DNA of 63,674 bases, counting the filler, from Polymyxa betae A26-41 (lineage: Eukaryota > Protista > Endomyxa: Phytomyxea): assembly GCA_003693705.1 (NCBI GenBank). It is 7 parts of 7 records of this genome, joined end to end, with 100 filler letters (N's around TTAATTAATTAA, not from the genome) between each part and the next. Parts side by side here need not be neighbours in the genome. Positions count along the whole stretch, not along the records: positions 1 to 20,465 come from RBZT01000776.1; 6 more parts are not named here. The stretch is one strand, 5' to 3'. Below the pieces are notes generated by a model that did no database searches, was not told where the DNA came from, and was given only the letters and a program-made list of their open reading frames with translations. Made by a program: the position numbers and the translations under genes. Positions 1 through 12,704 of this stretch are shown in pieces; within the stretch, counting starts at the first letter, position 1; each line of letters begins with the position of its first letter.

Positions 1-1270
1 GTCTCAAATCTGAGACAATTACGAAACTGGGTCAATCCACGATGCGGATTGATCCTGCGGACTGATCCTATGGAAGTATCCACGGAGTCCGAATTGCCAC
101 TGGGAGAGCCGACTCTCGCCACTGGTGTCCCAGTGGCGGCAGAGACTGCGTGAGTCGCTCGCGGAGTCCGGAAAGTCCGGAACTACTCTTGACGGGCCTG
201 AACGAGGTTGGAGGCCTGATATTGAATCCCAATAAAACACAATCCAATTCAACGCTTTATTAAAACGTATCGCGTTCTCGAGACGAAACCGCTATAATCG
301 CAATATTTCATCCACTCACGATGAATAGAGTATGAATATTCTCCAAGATGCGAAGCGCTCCAGCTGATAGCTAACATCCAGTACTTATTTGGCCATGGCC
401 AATACAGAGAATCCGGATGAATTGAAGGCGTTGGAGCTCGGAACTCTCGAACAAGCTTTTTACAAAGCGCTGCAATCTCGACTGATATATTTCACTTGCA
501 AAGTGTCAAGGTATTGCCTACCTGTGTTTGGAGAATCACAATCTATGACAGCATCGTGAATTGAACCTTCGATGTCTGAAGACAGGCTGCACAACAGATT
601 GTTGTCAAGAACCATATTATCAGCATCTGTTGCAAGATCTTCTAGAGGTTTTTCGTAGTCTTCTTGCTTTGATTCAAAAGATACGCCAACCTAATTTCAT
701 AATTGAACCGCTGATCATCCAGTGAAATTGAGAGAACTTGAATGTCAACGACCGTATTCTCCTTCATCAGTCCAATGAAGCGTACTAACAAAGAGCTTGC
801 CCTGCAAATATGCTCCAATTGGGTGCTGGAGTCGATACTGCTCATACTCTGTGATTGTTGATTCAAGAGTTCATTCATATTGTCAATATGCGATATTATA
901 AAGTCAATATCAGAGCTATACATTTCCGTCATTGCAGGTTGTTGACAGATGTATAAATTGTCAACTCACGCAGATGCTTGGATATATCTGCGAATGATGG
1001 CGGCCGCTTTGTTGTGGTGGATTTTGCGTTGATGATGAGATCTTAATACGTATGGACGGCAATGCTGCGTCTCTGCACCTTGGCCAACACAGGCCCAGCA
1101 TGACTTCATGACAGCCTACCGCGGTAACGAAAGAGGTGTGAAAAATTGCGTGCGCAGCAATTTTGTTACTGCAAAAACGTGGTCTGGAGATCAGGATATG
1201 GGCCATAATGTACAATAAAACTTTCCATTTTATAATGCCATAAAGAGTTTTCTGCGAATGTCAACTGTGA

Positions 1271-1536
1271 ACCATAATAGTGATCGACCGACAATGGAGG
1301 GACAGCCCGATAATTCATGATTTCCAACATGGACCATAAAGAGTTGCGTAATGACCCATTTTGGAATTCCTTTATGAACTTTATAGATGTTTCATTATGT
1401 ACCATAATGGTGATCAATAATGGAGGGACAGCCCGATAATTCATGATTTCCAACATGGACCATAAAGAGTTGCATAATGATCCATTTTGGAGTTCCCTTA
1501 TGAACTTTATAGATGATCCATTATGTACCATAATGG
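1271..1536. repeat. Imperfect tandem duplication, unit about 126-130 bp, two copies plus start of a third
   Basis: ACCATAAT(A/G)G recurs at 1271, 1401 and 1527; GGAGGGACAGCCCGATAATTCATGATTTCCAACATGGACCATAAAGAGTTGC is present twice. Confidence 0.9.
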
Positions 1537-1729
1537 AACACACAGCAAATCATAAAGGAAACACGCAAATAAATCTCCGCCATGATTCATATACGTTTTA
1601 CTTGCGCGGTGGACTTCATGATGGCTAATGGATGATGTTTGATGAATGTTAGAAGATGTGACGAACATAATGAGATGAACGCTGATGATTCAGGTCCAGG
1701 TACGAAAACCCTAAAACCCTAAACGAAGT

Positions 1730-3770
1730 AAATTTTTTAAGTCCAGACGAGATTTTGACGTCTACGATTAAAGAACCTCCGCTCATTACCTTGACACCAC
1801 TACGAACCATACTTCTCTTCCAACAACTTCACAGGCGGTCCATCAGCTAAGCCTTCCGACTATTCACGCCAAATGTCAGTAACCGTTCGAATTCTTTTTG
1901 TAAAAAGGAACAGTGATGGTACCTTCTTCACGCTGCACGACCGTATCAACTACAGAATTAATACACGGGTGAAGATCAACATCTGGGGTTGCATCAGCCG
2001 GGCGACCACCGGTAGCGCTCATCCTATTCCAATCAGCATTGACTCACAGTGGAGCTCTGCCGGACACAAATCGCCGAGATTGCTCTGCAGCCTTGTAAGA
2101 GAATCTGCAATTGGTCTGACACTAGCCACGATGGCGGTTTTAAGATCCAAATGCATCGCATCGAGTTTCTGAACTAAAGCAGGCATGGCTTGCTGGAGAC
2201 GTTACTCCATTGGGTCGCTGTTGATCATGACATTCATCGCCTGGAGAGGCCTTCTAGAAAAACAACAATATGACTCCGAAGAAATACTTCCAAATCGGAT
2301 GCTCAGGATGCTCGGATTTCATCAGAACGGAATCCTGCAAGACTACGGTTCTGGCTCTCTGCAGCTCCAGGAAACCTTGCGCAGCGATTGTCTCTTGGTA
2401 ACAACCTGAAGTCATCTGCTGCAAAGTTTCTTCCCTAATGGGAAAATCATTTTCTTCAAATATTTTGAAGGATCAACAGCAGCTCGTCTTTAAAGAAAAA
2501 AGCTGCCCTGTGCTGGTAGAAACCCGGCAAGTGCTCTGATAGCTTATCGAGGAAGGTTGACGAGGTAACAGTTTTCCATAGCTAGATTGTTCCATCGGCC
2601 AAGGCGACGAATTTGGTCCTCCGAGGCTCCACCCAATTCTGCCATTCTGTCATTTGAACCTCTGGCAGCGTGTGTCTTTGCTATAGAAGCCAGGCCGCGC
2701 GGCAGTTCGGAAAGCAGAATCTATCGATGCTTTGTGGGTTTTATAGTCCAATGATCTTGTCGGGTCTTTCCCACACTTTAAAAATTTCACATAACCAGTT
2801 TTCACTTCTCATTAACCATGGGAATTCTTCATTTTCAACATGAAATCGCCAAAACAGGTAAAAAGCCACAGCACCCCAAGGAAAGATACGAACCTCCTTC
2901 GAGCGAACAAAAGCCCCAAAATCGTTTCTTCCGAACTGGTTTGTTTTGCCCTGTCGAAGAACAAACACAAGGGCATTGCATTCGGAAACGCCTTCATTCT
3001 CAAGTTTCACGGAATGTATATCAGCCAAATCAAGCTGTCGAACTGTCTCACCGCGAAGAAGAGCATAATGGGATACGAAAAATGCACACATGATCCTGAT
3101 CTGTGTAACCTGTTATTTCCTGCTGACTCAACTTTCCTTCTTTCCCTACAAATTGTGATTATAATACATTCCTCAATCTTAAGCTTTATTAGCACATTCG
3201 ACTTCACTTACTTGCTTCTTATGCTTATTCGGAGCTTTCTAGTTTCCTTTCCGGCCCTTAGGCCCGTTCCTGACAGTGCTGACCGAAATCTTTACCTTTT
3301 CTCCAGAACGTTGAAGCGTTTTGTATCATGTGTTATATTGTTGTATAGCCATCGATTAAGGTTCCGACACCTCGATCAACAGAATTGTTTCTGCGGTGTT
3401 GCTGAGTTTCGTATTCAGCATTCTGCAAAAGTCTTTTCACATTGGCATCGCGAGGATTCGGATGTGAGTCCATCCTCATTGCTGGTTGCTGGCGCCACAG
3501 GTCTATACAATCGCTGTGGCATAACCATAAACAGTTGACTTCACAACCGTTCGAACAGGATCAGATGAGTCTCGTCGACGTTTGCGAGAAATTCCTTCCG
3601 ATAACGTAATCTTCTAGTAACAAGTGAAGCTTATCTCCAGTAACGGTACAGCCGCAAATCCTTTAGCATTGCACCATTGTGGGAATTCAGCATGACGGGA
3701 AGAATAGGCCTTTCAGGTGTTTGATGGCCGAATTTGAATACTTCTCGCATGAGTCCTCATGATCGATTCA
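1730..3770 (-). mobile_element. Degenerate Crypton (CryptonF-like) DNA transposon: tyrosine recombinase plus C-terminal GCR1_C domain
   Basis: Minus-strand translations: N-terminal RPSNT..KAY..EF.QWC..KGF..TVTGDKLHL (3600-3740); LLRGETVR..GKTNQFGR (2741-3091); catalytic KTHAARGS..AELGGASEDQIRRLGRWNNLAMENCYL (2560-2690); GCR1_C-like RIRTVTDIWRE*SEGLADGPPVKLLEEKYGS*WCQGNERRFFNRRR (1755-1900). Multiple stops and frameshifts. Confidence 0.85.
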
Positions 3771-5917
3771 TGCATGGCTACTGTTTAGAAATGCATTGGA
3801 AGAGATGGCGACGGAAGAATTTGGAAGCTCAGGGATAGAACGCTCGCCATCACCCGGCATTGCGAGGGAGCTAATGACAGCGAGGTCACCGGAAATTGGT
3901 TCGATGCGGTCACAAGGAAGTACTGTAATTACTGTGAAATCTGTTGTTAATTTATGCTTTACAAAGGAACATGGTTTTTGCAATTATGTGATCCAAAAAC
4001 ATAATAAAGAAAGAATATATACCAAATTACTGAAGGATAGCGAAGTGTCCTTTCGCATTAATCATTAACAGTTCTAGTTCCTGATTCTGTACTAGATGCC
4101 TTCGGGGCCGTACTCCCTACCCTTTAAAGACGGGGAAATTCCAAATATAAACCGATGCGCTGCAGACATCCAAACATTAGAAACCTAAAAGCTGATTAAC
4201 AACGAACACAGATAAAAAGTAAAATCAATGCAAGATTGGGCCAACGAAAGCGATTCTTGAGATCACTGCAAGCGGCTTTAATAGATAACGATGGCAATTG
4301 CCGTTTGCTCAGGGTCGTAGTGTAGCGCCGATGCTTAGCCGGTCGGCTTGCAAAGCAGCAGAGTTGTGTCACAACGGGCTGGAAGCCCTTGGGCCTTTAA
4401 AGGCTGATCAACTAATTCATGAAAGTCACTTCATAGCAGGCGTCAATTCGGCCAAGCATAAGTCCTACCGGTATTATAGACAAAGGAATAAACAAATATG
4501 CAAAATTTGTAAATCAGCTATCAATTGGAAAACTAAAGATCTGAAACAATGACAAGAATTATCTTCACCTGTTAAGGAGAGATGATACGATAGGCGAGAC
4601 AACGCCATGCTTTACGACGACACCGTTGCAAGCGGCGCCGGAGTCGGGCCCGACGCGGCAGACGAACAAGCGGAGCCATCAATAAAAACGGTTGCTGCAA
4701 AGATTATCAGGCGCAAGCACTTCCTCAGCTCCGCCCATATTGTTGTCGTGGCAGTTGGGGTCGTCCTCATCTTAATAAGGATTGCCCTTATAATATTCAG
4801 AGAACTTCATGGTCATTCGCCAATTACTCTGTCGTAAGTAATGCTATGAGAGCTTAGGACGCCGGGAATCTAGATTCACGCTCTAGGTTTGCCATATTTC
4901 TCGAGGCCCTCGGAGTCGGCGTCCTTGCCAAAAATTCCTATAAAATTTTTCATCATCGCTTTGAATAAAGCGCCCTGATACAACGCATATATAGTTGGCT
5001 AGGAGCCATATAGATTTAATGATTTATCTGGAACGTCTTTTATTAGTTACAGTAGTTGGATTTAAAAGCTTTAGATATTCCTCTGCATCTTAATGCATTT
5101 TTAACTTGCCTCAAATTTGGCAAGGTGATTTGATCACCAATGGAGCATGAGAAAACAGGTCGTGGAAGTGTGATTTAATCACCTCTATGCCGATCAAAGT
5201 AGGAGAACCTGGTTCAGACCCCGCCCTGTGCCACCCACCCCGCTGAAAGTGCGAACAAATAGTGAAATCCAATCCAATGACCAATCCAAATACAGATTTT
5301 CCGGTCTGGTAGAAATATTCGAACAAGTTCAAGGGACTTTCAAGTAGACACTGCCACGTGATTGACAGGACGAGAAGCAGCATTTATCGCATTTATTTCA
5401 GGACTACTAGATAATTGTACAGCGGATAAACGACATCTTCAGAATACAAGCAAACGACATCATCAAAAAATTGCAGTGTCAGGAAGTTGCTTCAGCAAGC
5501 TGGGATTGTTGACTATCCTACATTTTATAACTATATACAACGCATGAAAGAAAACGGTGTTTTACAAGATAGAGACGCAGAATGGAGCGCAAACCAGTGC
5601 GCAGAAGGTGCTGCGCCACATCAGATTCAATCAGTTTTAGATCTTTGTCCAGTAGCACTCCAGCAGTTTGATCAAACTTTGTGCGTTGCAGATATATGAC
5701 AGTGGATCAATTGTTCGATGAATTGCTCCGGGTCCTCTTTGAAAGGGAGTCGAGTTAAGTAAGCAAGATTAGGGACGATGTGATGGAATTTGAAAATAAA
5801 TCTGCGAAGAGAGTTTCACACTGTAGACCCCAAGTTATATAAGCCTGATGACATAGCAGGTCCGATTCGGACTTGTGAATACTGAAAGTAGACAGGGTTT
5901 GTTCTAGCGCTGTCAAG

Positions 5918-7616
5918 ATGGCTCAGTAGGTGTTACCATCGACGTTATGCTGAGCGACAGATTCGGCGAGGTACAGTACGATCCATCAGTGAATGGATTG
6001 ACTGAAGATATTGATTACGTACACAGATCTGGAATCAGGCGACGATTCTCTCTGTGCGGCAATCGCTTTGGCCGTATCCATGTCGAGATCATCCAGCGTC
6101 AGCAGCACAGACGTACTGGTCCCAGCGGACTGTGAACCGAGGACGATTGTGGCGACGCCGCAACCGACGGCCAGTTCGCGGACACTGGCGTTGGTGTTAC
6201 TGGCCGTCGTACTGGCCGAATTACCCCGCGGCATTGTTATGTCGGGTCTGGAGCCGTATCTAGCACAATTGACGACCAGTCCACGGGTCTACGTGGCCTA
6301 CTGCGTATCACTGTTCTCACTGGGACGTTTGTGCGCATCAATCCCGTACGGGGTTCTTGTAGATCACACACATTCATCCAGGAATGTATTCATTCTCGCT
6401 TCTCTCATTACAGTTATCGGTATATGATTACGTTACACATTCCGTTACCCAATGAAACGTTGCCTGTGTCTGTCAGGTCAATGTATGTTCATGATACCCA
6501 ATATTGTAGTTGTCCTCATATCACGTTTCGTTGTCGGGATGGGCACTGGAAAGTTATCGGTATCGCGGGCCTTTATGATTCGGGCCAGTACGCCGGCCCA
6601 GCGGACCCAGTTCTTGGCCAACAACACCCTGGTCCAGTACGTCGGCTAAACCTGTCCCCGATCATCCCCAATCTGCTACCGCTGGGGGGTCACGGACCCA
6701 GCATGACCGCCATCGTCGCCCATCTGGCCTCATCGCCGTACTGGCCCGGTTCATGGGCGGGCGGGACCCTTGCGATAACCCCGCGTCGGGCTCGCAGCCC
6801 GACTCGGTTGATTGGTGGAGCCTGTTCAAGTCCGATGCGGCGTTCGCTCTGTTCATGTTCCTGAATATTTCCGTGCGTGGTGTGGTGGCTATCACGGAGG
6901 CCGTGGCGGCACCGCAATATCAGGCCCTGCATGTTCTCGCTGATCCTGAGGATGCCGTACAGGACAGCGCCGAATTCCTGTTCATCCTCGGCTTAATTGG
7001 GATTGCGACCTTCATGTCACTGAAGACGCTGGATAAAATGATGTCGCCGCTGACGCTTTTACTGCTGGGAATGGGCGCCGTACTGGCCGGCTCTATCACC
7101 ATAATCGCTGCAAACAATAATCAGGTCTGTTGGATTTTCATGTCCGTTTGGTTTTATTTAGAAAATTTAATTCAAATTTGCTTCAATTTGACAGATTTCT
7201 GTTCCCTAAAAGCCTCGCAAAGCTTGCATTCACCATTAATTTTCGAGGATTGCAAAATTTTAGGTTTCTGTTTCGGCCGGACGTTATATTTTGAAAATCA
7301 CATATTATGACGGTATAAACCCTTGACCCTAGGTTACATTTACTAATGGAATGTGTCTAATCTGGTCGATTGGTTCACCCATAACCCAAGTCCTGGCATC
7401 TCTGCGTATTCACATCTGATGGGATCTCGTCCACAAGGTATCATCATGGGCTGGTTGACGACATCCGGCGGGGCTGGTCGTATCCTGCGTCCGCTCGTGG
7501 CGTCTGCCAGCGTTCAGGTCGCTTACGGCGTCAATATCGCAACTGTGACCATTGCTATGATTCTGGTCGTACTATTCGCCAGGTCCGGGCGCAAATCGAA
7601 TGGTTTTCCGGCGTAA
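5918..7616 (+). CDS. Major facilitator superfamily transporter, spliced, with three apparent 1-nt frameshifts; start uncertain
   Basis: Hydrophobic segments with MFS-like motifs SLGRLCASIPYGVLVD, SRFVVGMGTG, QGIIMGWLTTSGGAGRI. GT-AG introns at about 6420-6476 and 7125-7332. Frame changes at about 6646, 6728 and 7397 are not explained by introns. Confidence 0.75.
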
Positions 7617-7619
7617 AAA

Positions 7620-8461
7620 TGTGATTCGGTCGACGGAATATTACCTGCACAGGTGCATCGATCAGCGACCATTGGATCGAGCTCCTGTCGAGCCTTAAAG
7701 AACTCACAATCTCGAAGCTGTTTTCTCTCTGGACCATATCCGGACAAGGAGCTCGGCATAAAACAATACAGAATGCCCAGCTTTACTAACGCGATCTGAA
7801 AGCAGTATTGGCTCGAACGCGAAGAACGCGAACCCTAACCCTAACTTTAGCACTATCGTGGCAACCCATTATTCGGAAGAGCTTGAAATCGAACCAGCGG
7901 TCCAAGGTCGCAAAATTTGAGCTAACTGATGGCGGACGACAAAACGGTCATTCAGATTTCTACCGATCCTCCTTATAAATTTACTCATAAAGCGTGCCGG
8001 AACATATTGAAAGCGATTCCAAATATCCGCTGAGTAAATGGTTGGGGTCCCCGATAATCATTCAGTGAAAGATTCGAATACAAAACGCGATGCCTATTTC
8101 GATTCGGGATGCGTTTTTCCGAGGTCGAATATCGACGAAGAAGTCTTCATCGCTGTCTTCAGAGCTGGATGAACCTGACGGCCGCTCCTCGTCACACATC
8201 TGGGCCAGCACCATTGTATATGAACAACGATCGAGCACCAGCATCTGCTGCTGCTGAACCGACATTTTGCAGTTATAGCACACGAAGGAGCTTCGGGGCT
8301 CCCGCACTGTTTCAAAAACTATTTGGTGTGCTATTGAGGTTTTTTACCTCACGGAATTTAGCACACACCGCTGTACTTGCTTTGAATCCAGGAAAGAGCT
8401 AAGAGCAATCAGAGCTGCTCTCTCGGCGTCCGAACATGGCTCCGCGGACTCAGTTCGCATG
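7620..8461 (-). CDS. Possible spliced hypothetical gene
   Basis: Short ORF pieces separated by GT..AG-bounded segments (e.g. GTTAGGGTTAGGG...TTTCAG at 7845-7796); no recognisable domain. Confidence 0.3.
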
Positions 8462-8804
8462 TGATAGGAATAACTCCGGAAGCAATTCCGGAGTATTAAG
8501 AATAACATTTGAATTTTGGAATTATGCATTCCTGACTCGACCTCCCTAGATATAATTCATTCCCAGAGATATGTCCTAAGAAAGTATTCTTTCGGACAAA
8601 TTCTGGAAGAAATAAATTAAATTTTATTCTTCCAACCCCTGCTGTGGAACTAAGCCTGCGAGGTGGGCTGCGGCGTGCTTGAAAACAATTTCCGCTCTTT
8701 TCCAAATTCATACACGTTTGCGTCAGCTAATAGAGTTGGCCAGCACGACCACGGCCATGTTTCCAGGGAAACAGACATGGGTGATATAAGGGGATATGAA
8801 TATA

Positions 8805-9767
8805 TTATATAAATCCACCTTCATCATCTTCTCTAAATGCGCCACCATCATCATCTGCATCATCATAATAGTATGTTCCTGTATAGTCATCTGCATCAAA
8901 CTCTTCATCAGCTTCATCAATAGCTTCCTCTCCAACATCCGAGCCATCCTTCTCTGATTCATCACCCTCTTCACCATCAGCGACCGATTTCGCTACATCA
9001 ACGTAATCAGGGACACATGGTATTAGGATAAACGATCAAGCACTAAGAACGGAACGCGACGAAAAAGGATCGCAAAAGTGACGCACCTTTCTTCATAGCG
9101 AGCTCAAGGGCTTCGAGTGCGCTACCTGGAGCAGCACCGATTTGTGTCTTCTTACGGAATGTACCGGCTAGTTCAGCTGGGAAATATGCCGCATTAACAA
9201 AACATGTTGGACGGGATGAATCAGGTTCGGTCTCAACCACATCATCTAGAGCTAATATCCCACAAATCAGATCATAGAACGCAACATTTTCGCTCACCAA
9301 ATATAGATTCATTAACAGCATAAATAGTGGTTAGCAGAATCAAGAGGACTCAGACATTTGGCAACAGAAAAAAAACACAGAATTACGAAACAATTGTTTT
9401 GTGACCTTGAGCTCCAAAGAGATTGTTTTGTGGTTTAACATTATAAGAACTATTCTCTGATCTACGACGTATCATAGATGCTTTGGCAATCAGACGGCGA
9501 TCTTTAGCACCAATAGGTAATGGGGTTGGGAGATTCGCCATGCCTGGATAGAGAGGCGGGGCCTCCGTCATCACACTGCCATCATCAGATCAGTCGACAC
9601 GTAACATCGTCACACGGGCGGCTGCGTTACTGGACGACTTGCGACTCGGCCTCAGTCTCGGCATCGACCCCGGCGAGGCGGACGGATGGGCCAGCACCGT
9701 TGGCGCCGCCACGGCCACCACCCCGGCCACCACGGCCCCCGCCACGACCTCCACCACGACCCCGCAT
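8805..9767 (-). CDS. RPC31: DNA-directed RNA polymerase III subunit C31 (RPC7/POLR3G-like), 4 exons
   Basis: Spliced product: RGG-rich N-terminus MRGRGGGRGG.., PPLYP..PTPLP..RRSENSSYNV, AAYFPAEL, and acidic tail ending DDYTGTYYYDDADDDGGAFREDDEGGFI*. This is the C31 family architecture. GT-AG introns keep the frame. Confidence 0.75.
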
Positions 9768-9810
9768 TTTGACTCGTCTGCGGGGTTTCGGTCCGGCCGT
9801 GGTCGTCGTC

Positions 9811-12704
9811 ATGATCAGGACGAGGTCGGCGGCGGCCAGCACGGCCCGCCGCTGGATGTCGACGATAGAGGCACCAATACCGATCGATAGATGTCGGAAC
9901 TTTGGCATCATTGCCCATATCGATGCCGGTATAGACACTGCTTATTTTAGGGCTTTAGGGTTGTGCTTCGAGTTCATTAATTCATTTTCGTAAGAGAGGC
10001 TTTCTTCAGGAGTTCTCACAAACTTAATGTTAACTGCTTTTTTGTGTTTCGGACTTTCTGGGATCAAGTCTGTTTCTTTTTTATCTTGACGAAGCCTATC
10101 GTAAGATTCTTTTTTCATTATAAGAACAATTCCAATATTTATTGCTCTTACTCTGGCAAATTTTGGAGTTATTGCTCGATTTCCAAATGACTGCTGTTTT
10201 CTTATTGCTCGGATGCTCATGTGAAAATGTTGTTAGGAAAGACCACAGTAATATGAGACTATGGTGGACTATGGATTATAATCTGACTGAGACTCGTTAT
10301 AAAGATCTCGGAGAGGATGCTGTATTATGCGGGACGAACACGTTACATTGGGGAAGTTCATGATGGTGATACCGTTATGGATCATATGGCTGAAGAACGG
10401 AAACGTGGCATCACCATCACATCGTCCTGTATATCGTTACATTGGCAGGGACACCGATTGAATCTCATCGACTCACCCGGTACTATCTCGTCTTTTACAC
10501 GTTACTGCTGTTTCGAAACATTACGTTGCTGCCAGCTAATGTTTGACTCCTCACTTTTTTTGACAAGATTTTATGTGACATTTTATGTTACGCGGTTACA
10601 GTTTAGTCTGCGGGTGACTTGATATTTTCGTGTCACTGTGGCTTATAACGTTGCTAGGTCATGTAGATTTTACAGTGGAAGTAGAGCGATGTATGCGTGT
10701 ATTAGATGGTGCCGTGACTGTTATAGATGCAGTTGCTGGAGTTCAGGTACAGACTGAGACTGTCTGGTCACAAGCTCACAAATATAACGTCCCGCGTATT
10801 GCTTTCGGTAACGTAACCCGCTACTGTTATACCCCGCCGTTCGTTACCTCCATTTTTACCTGTTTTTATCCATTTACTGCTTGTTGCATCGTCGTAGCTT
10901 TCCTTGTTACGGATTCTGATGCTTCATTATACACATTGCTGTTACTCTATCTGACAGTAACGTATAGTGAATAAGATGGATCGTCAAGGTGCGGATCTGG
11001 ACAGAGCAGCGGACTCGATCAAATCCCGTCTGGGCGTGACCCCATGGATCTTACAACACTCATTGGAACAGGACGGGAAGCTGATCGGCCTCGTCGATCT
11101 GGTATCGTTAACCACTATCCGATTCAATGGGAAACGTGGCGAATCACTACAGCGTTACCCGGTCAGCGACCATCCCGAGTACGTACTGGCCCGCGAGGCG
11201 CTGCTCGAATCCATCTCCGAACATGACGAAACCGTCCTGGAAACGTTACTGGATGGTGGCAACGTTACGTCCGCCATGGTACAGAGCGCCATACGTAGCG
11301 CTGTTCAGAATCGCCTCCCGGTCGTACCGGTCCTCTGCGGGGCCGCCTATCGTGATGTCGGTATACAACCGTTACTGGACGCGGTCTGCGATTATCTGCC
11401 GGCCCCCACAGTCGATCATGTTACATCTACGTTACGTGCGTTGGTATTCAAGGTCGTTCACGATGCCAGGCGTGGTCCGGTCGCACTGACCCGCGTGTAT
11501 CGCGGCACGTTGACGAACAAGGACACGTTACGTGTACGTAACGAGAAATGCCGTGTCGGGAAGTTGCTGCAGGTGGATGCGGGCCAGTACCACGAGATCA
11601 GTGAATGTCATGCGGGAGATATCTGCGCGATTGTTGGATTGAAGCAGGCTCGGACTGGAGAGATGTTACAGTGCTGGGATGATCGCAGTGGTAACGTCAA
11701 TCCCGGACTCACTGTGTAACAGATTGTAACATGAATCGTGTAGGTAACGAAGACACTGCAGTAGAAATTATTGTACCGCAGCCTGTTTTTTTCTGCTCTA
11801 TCGAGGCTGATAGCAGTAAAGATGAAGATGGCCTGAAGGATGCGTTACATGCATTGTCCGTGGAAGATCCCAGTCTTCATGTTACTGTTGATAACGATAC
11901 CGGTGAAACAGTGATCAAAGGAATGGGCGAGTTACACCTGGAAGTCATTCGTGATCGACTTCGTAACGAATTTAACTTGAATGCCACTTTAGGCCGTATG
12001 TCGTATGTAACGTTGCTGTTAATCACGCTATCACGGTATTCATGTTACCTCATAGCGTTTCATACCGTGAAGCCCCCACCGTTGAAGTTACTGATACTGT
12101 TACACATCATGTGGCTGGGAGGCCGCCGGTATCTGTTACTATGACGTTACGTCCCTCGTCCGGCAGCTCTGATTGCGTTACCGTTGATCTCTCTGGATCT
12201 ATGTTACATATCGGAGATGTAACGTCAAACATCCCGAGTTCCGTGCGTGCCGCTGTCGACGACATCGTTACCGGTCTGCGGGGTCCACTACTCGGATTTC
12301 AACTGTGTCACGGTGATGTTACTCTACATGAGATCTGTGCCAGTAACGTTAATCCGAGTGATATTGGCGCGGCCATCTCGGTCTGTCTCAGCTCTCTGAT
12401 TCGATCCGCACATGTAACATTACTGGAACCGATCGTCGAATTGGAGTTACACTGTCAGACGGCATACCTGGGTGACGTTACATCCGATCTGAATCGACGC
12501 CGACGTGGTCAAGTGTTACATGTTACCTCATCTGGTACTAAAGGGTCCGTACTGGCCCAGGTCCCATTATCCGAGATGATGGGTTACTCTACTATAGTTC
12601 GATCTATATCACAAGGCACTGCTTATTTCTCTACGAGATTTAAATCATTTGAACCTGTACCAGAGCGTGTTCAACACAATATATTAAATCCATCATATGC
12701 GTAG
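9811..12704 (+). CDS. GFM2: Mitochondrial elongation factor G2 / ribosome-releasing factor 2, about 7 exons
   Basis: Presequence-like [18 protein letters not shown]; [11 protein letters not shown]|KTT|[10 protein letters not shown]; ERKRGITI; LIDSPGHVDF; NKMDR; [10 protein letters not shown]; [14 protein letters not shown]. Approximate exons: 9811-9928, 10237-10247, 10305-10479, 10658-10807, 10968-~11690, ~11744-12002, 12057-12704. Confidence 0.88.

Noticed and set aside
2840-3538. 232-aa plus-strand ORF
   Set aside because: Antisense to the Crypton recombinase; no independent coding signal.
9520-9993. Pro-rich plus-strand ORF upstream of EF-G2
   Set aside because: Antisense shadow of the RGG-rich RPC31 exon; only the part from 9811 belongs to EF-G2.
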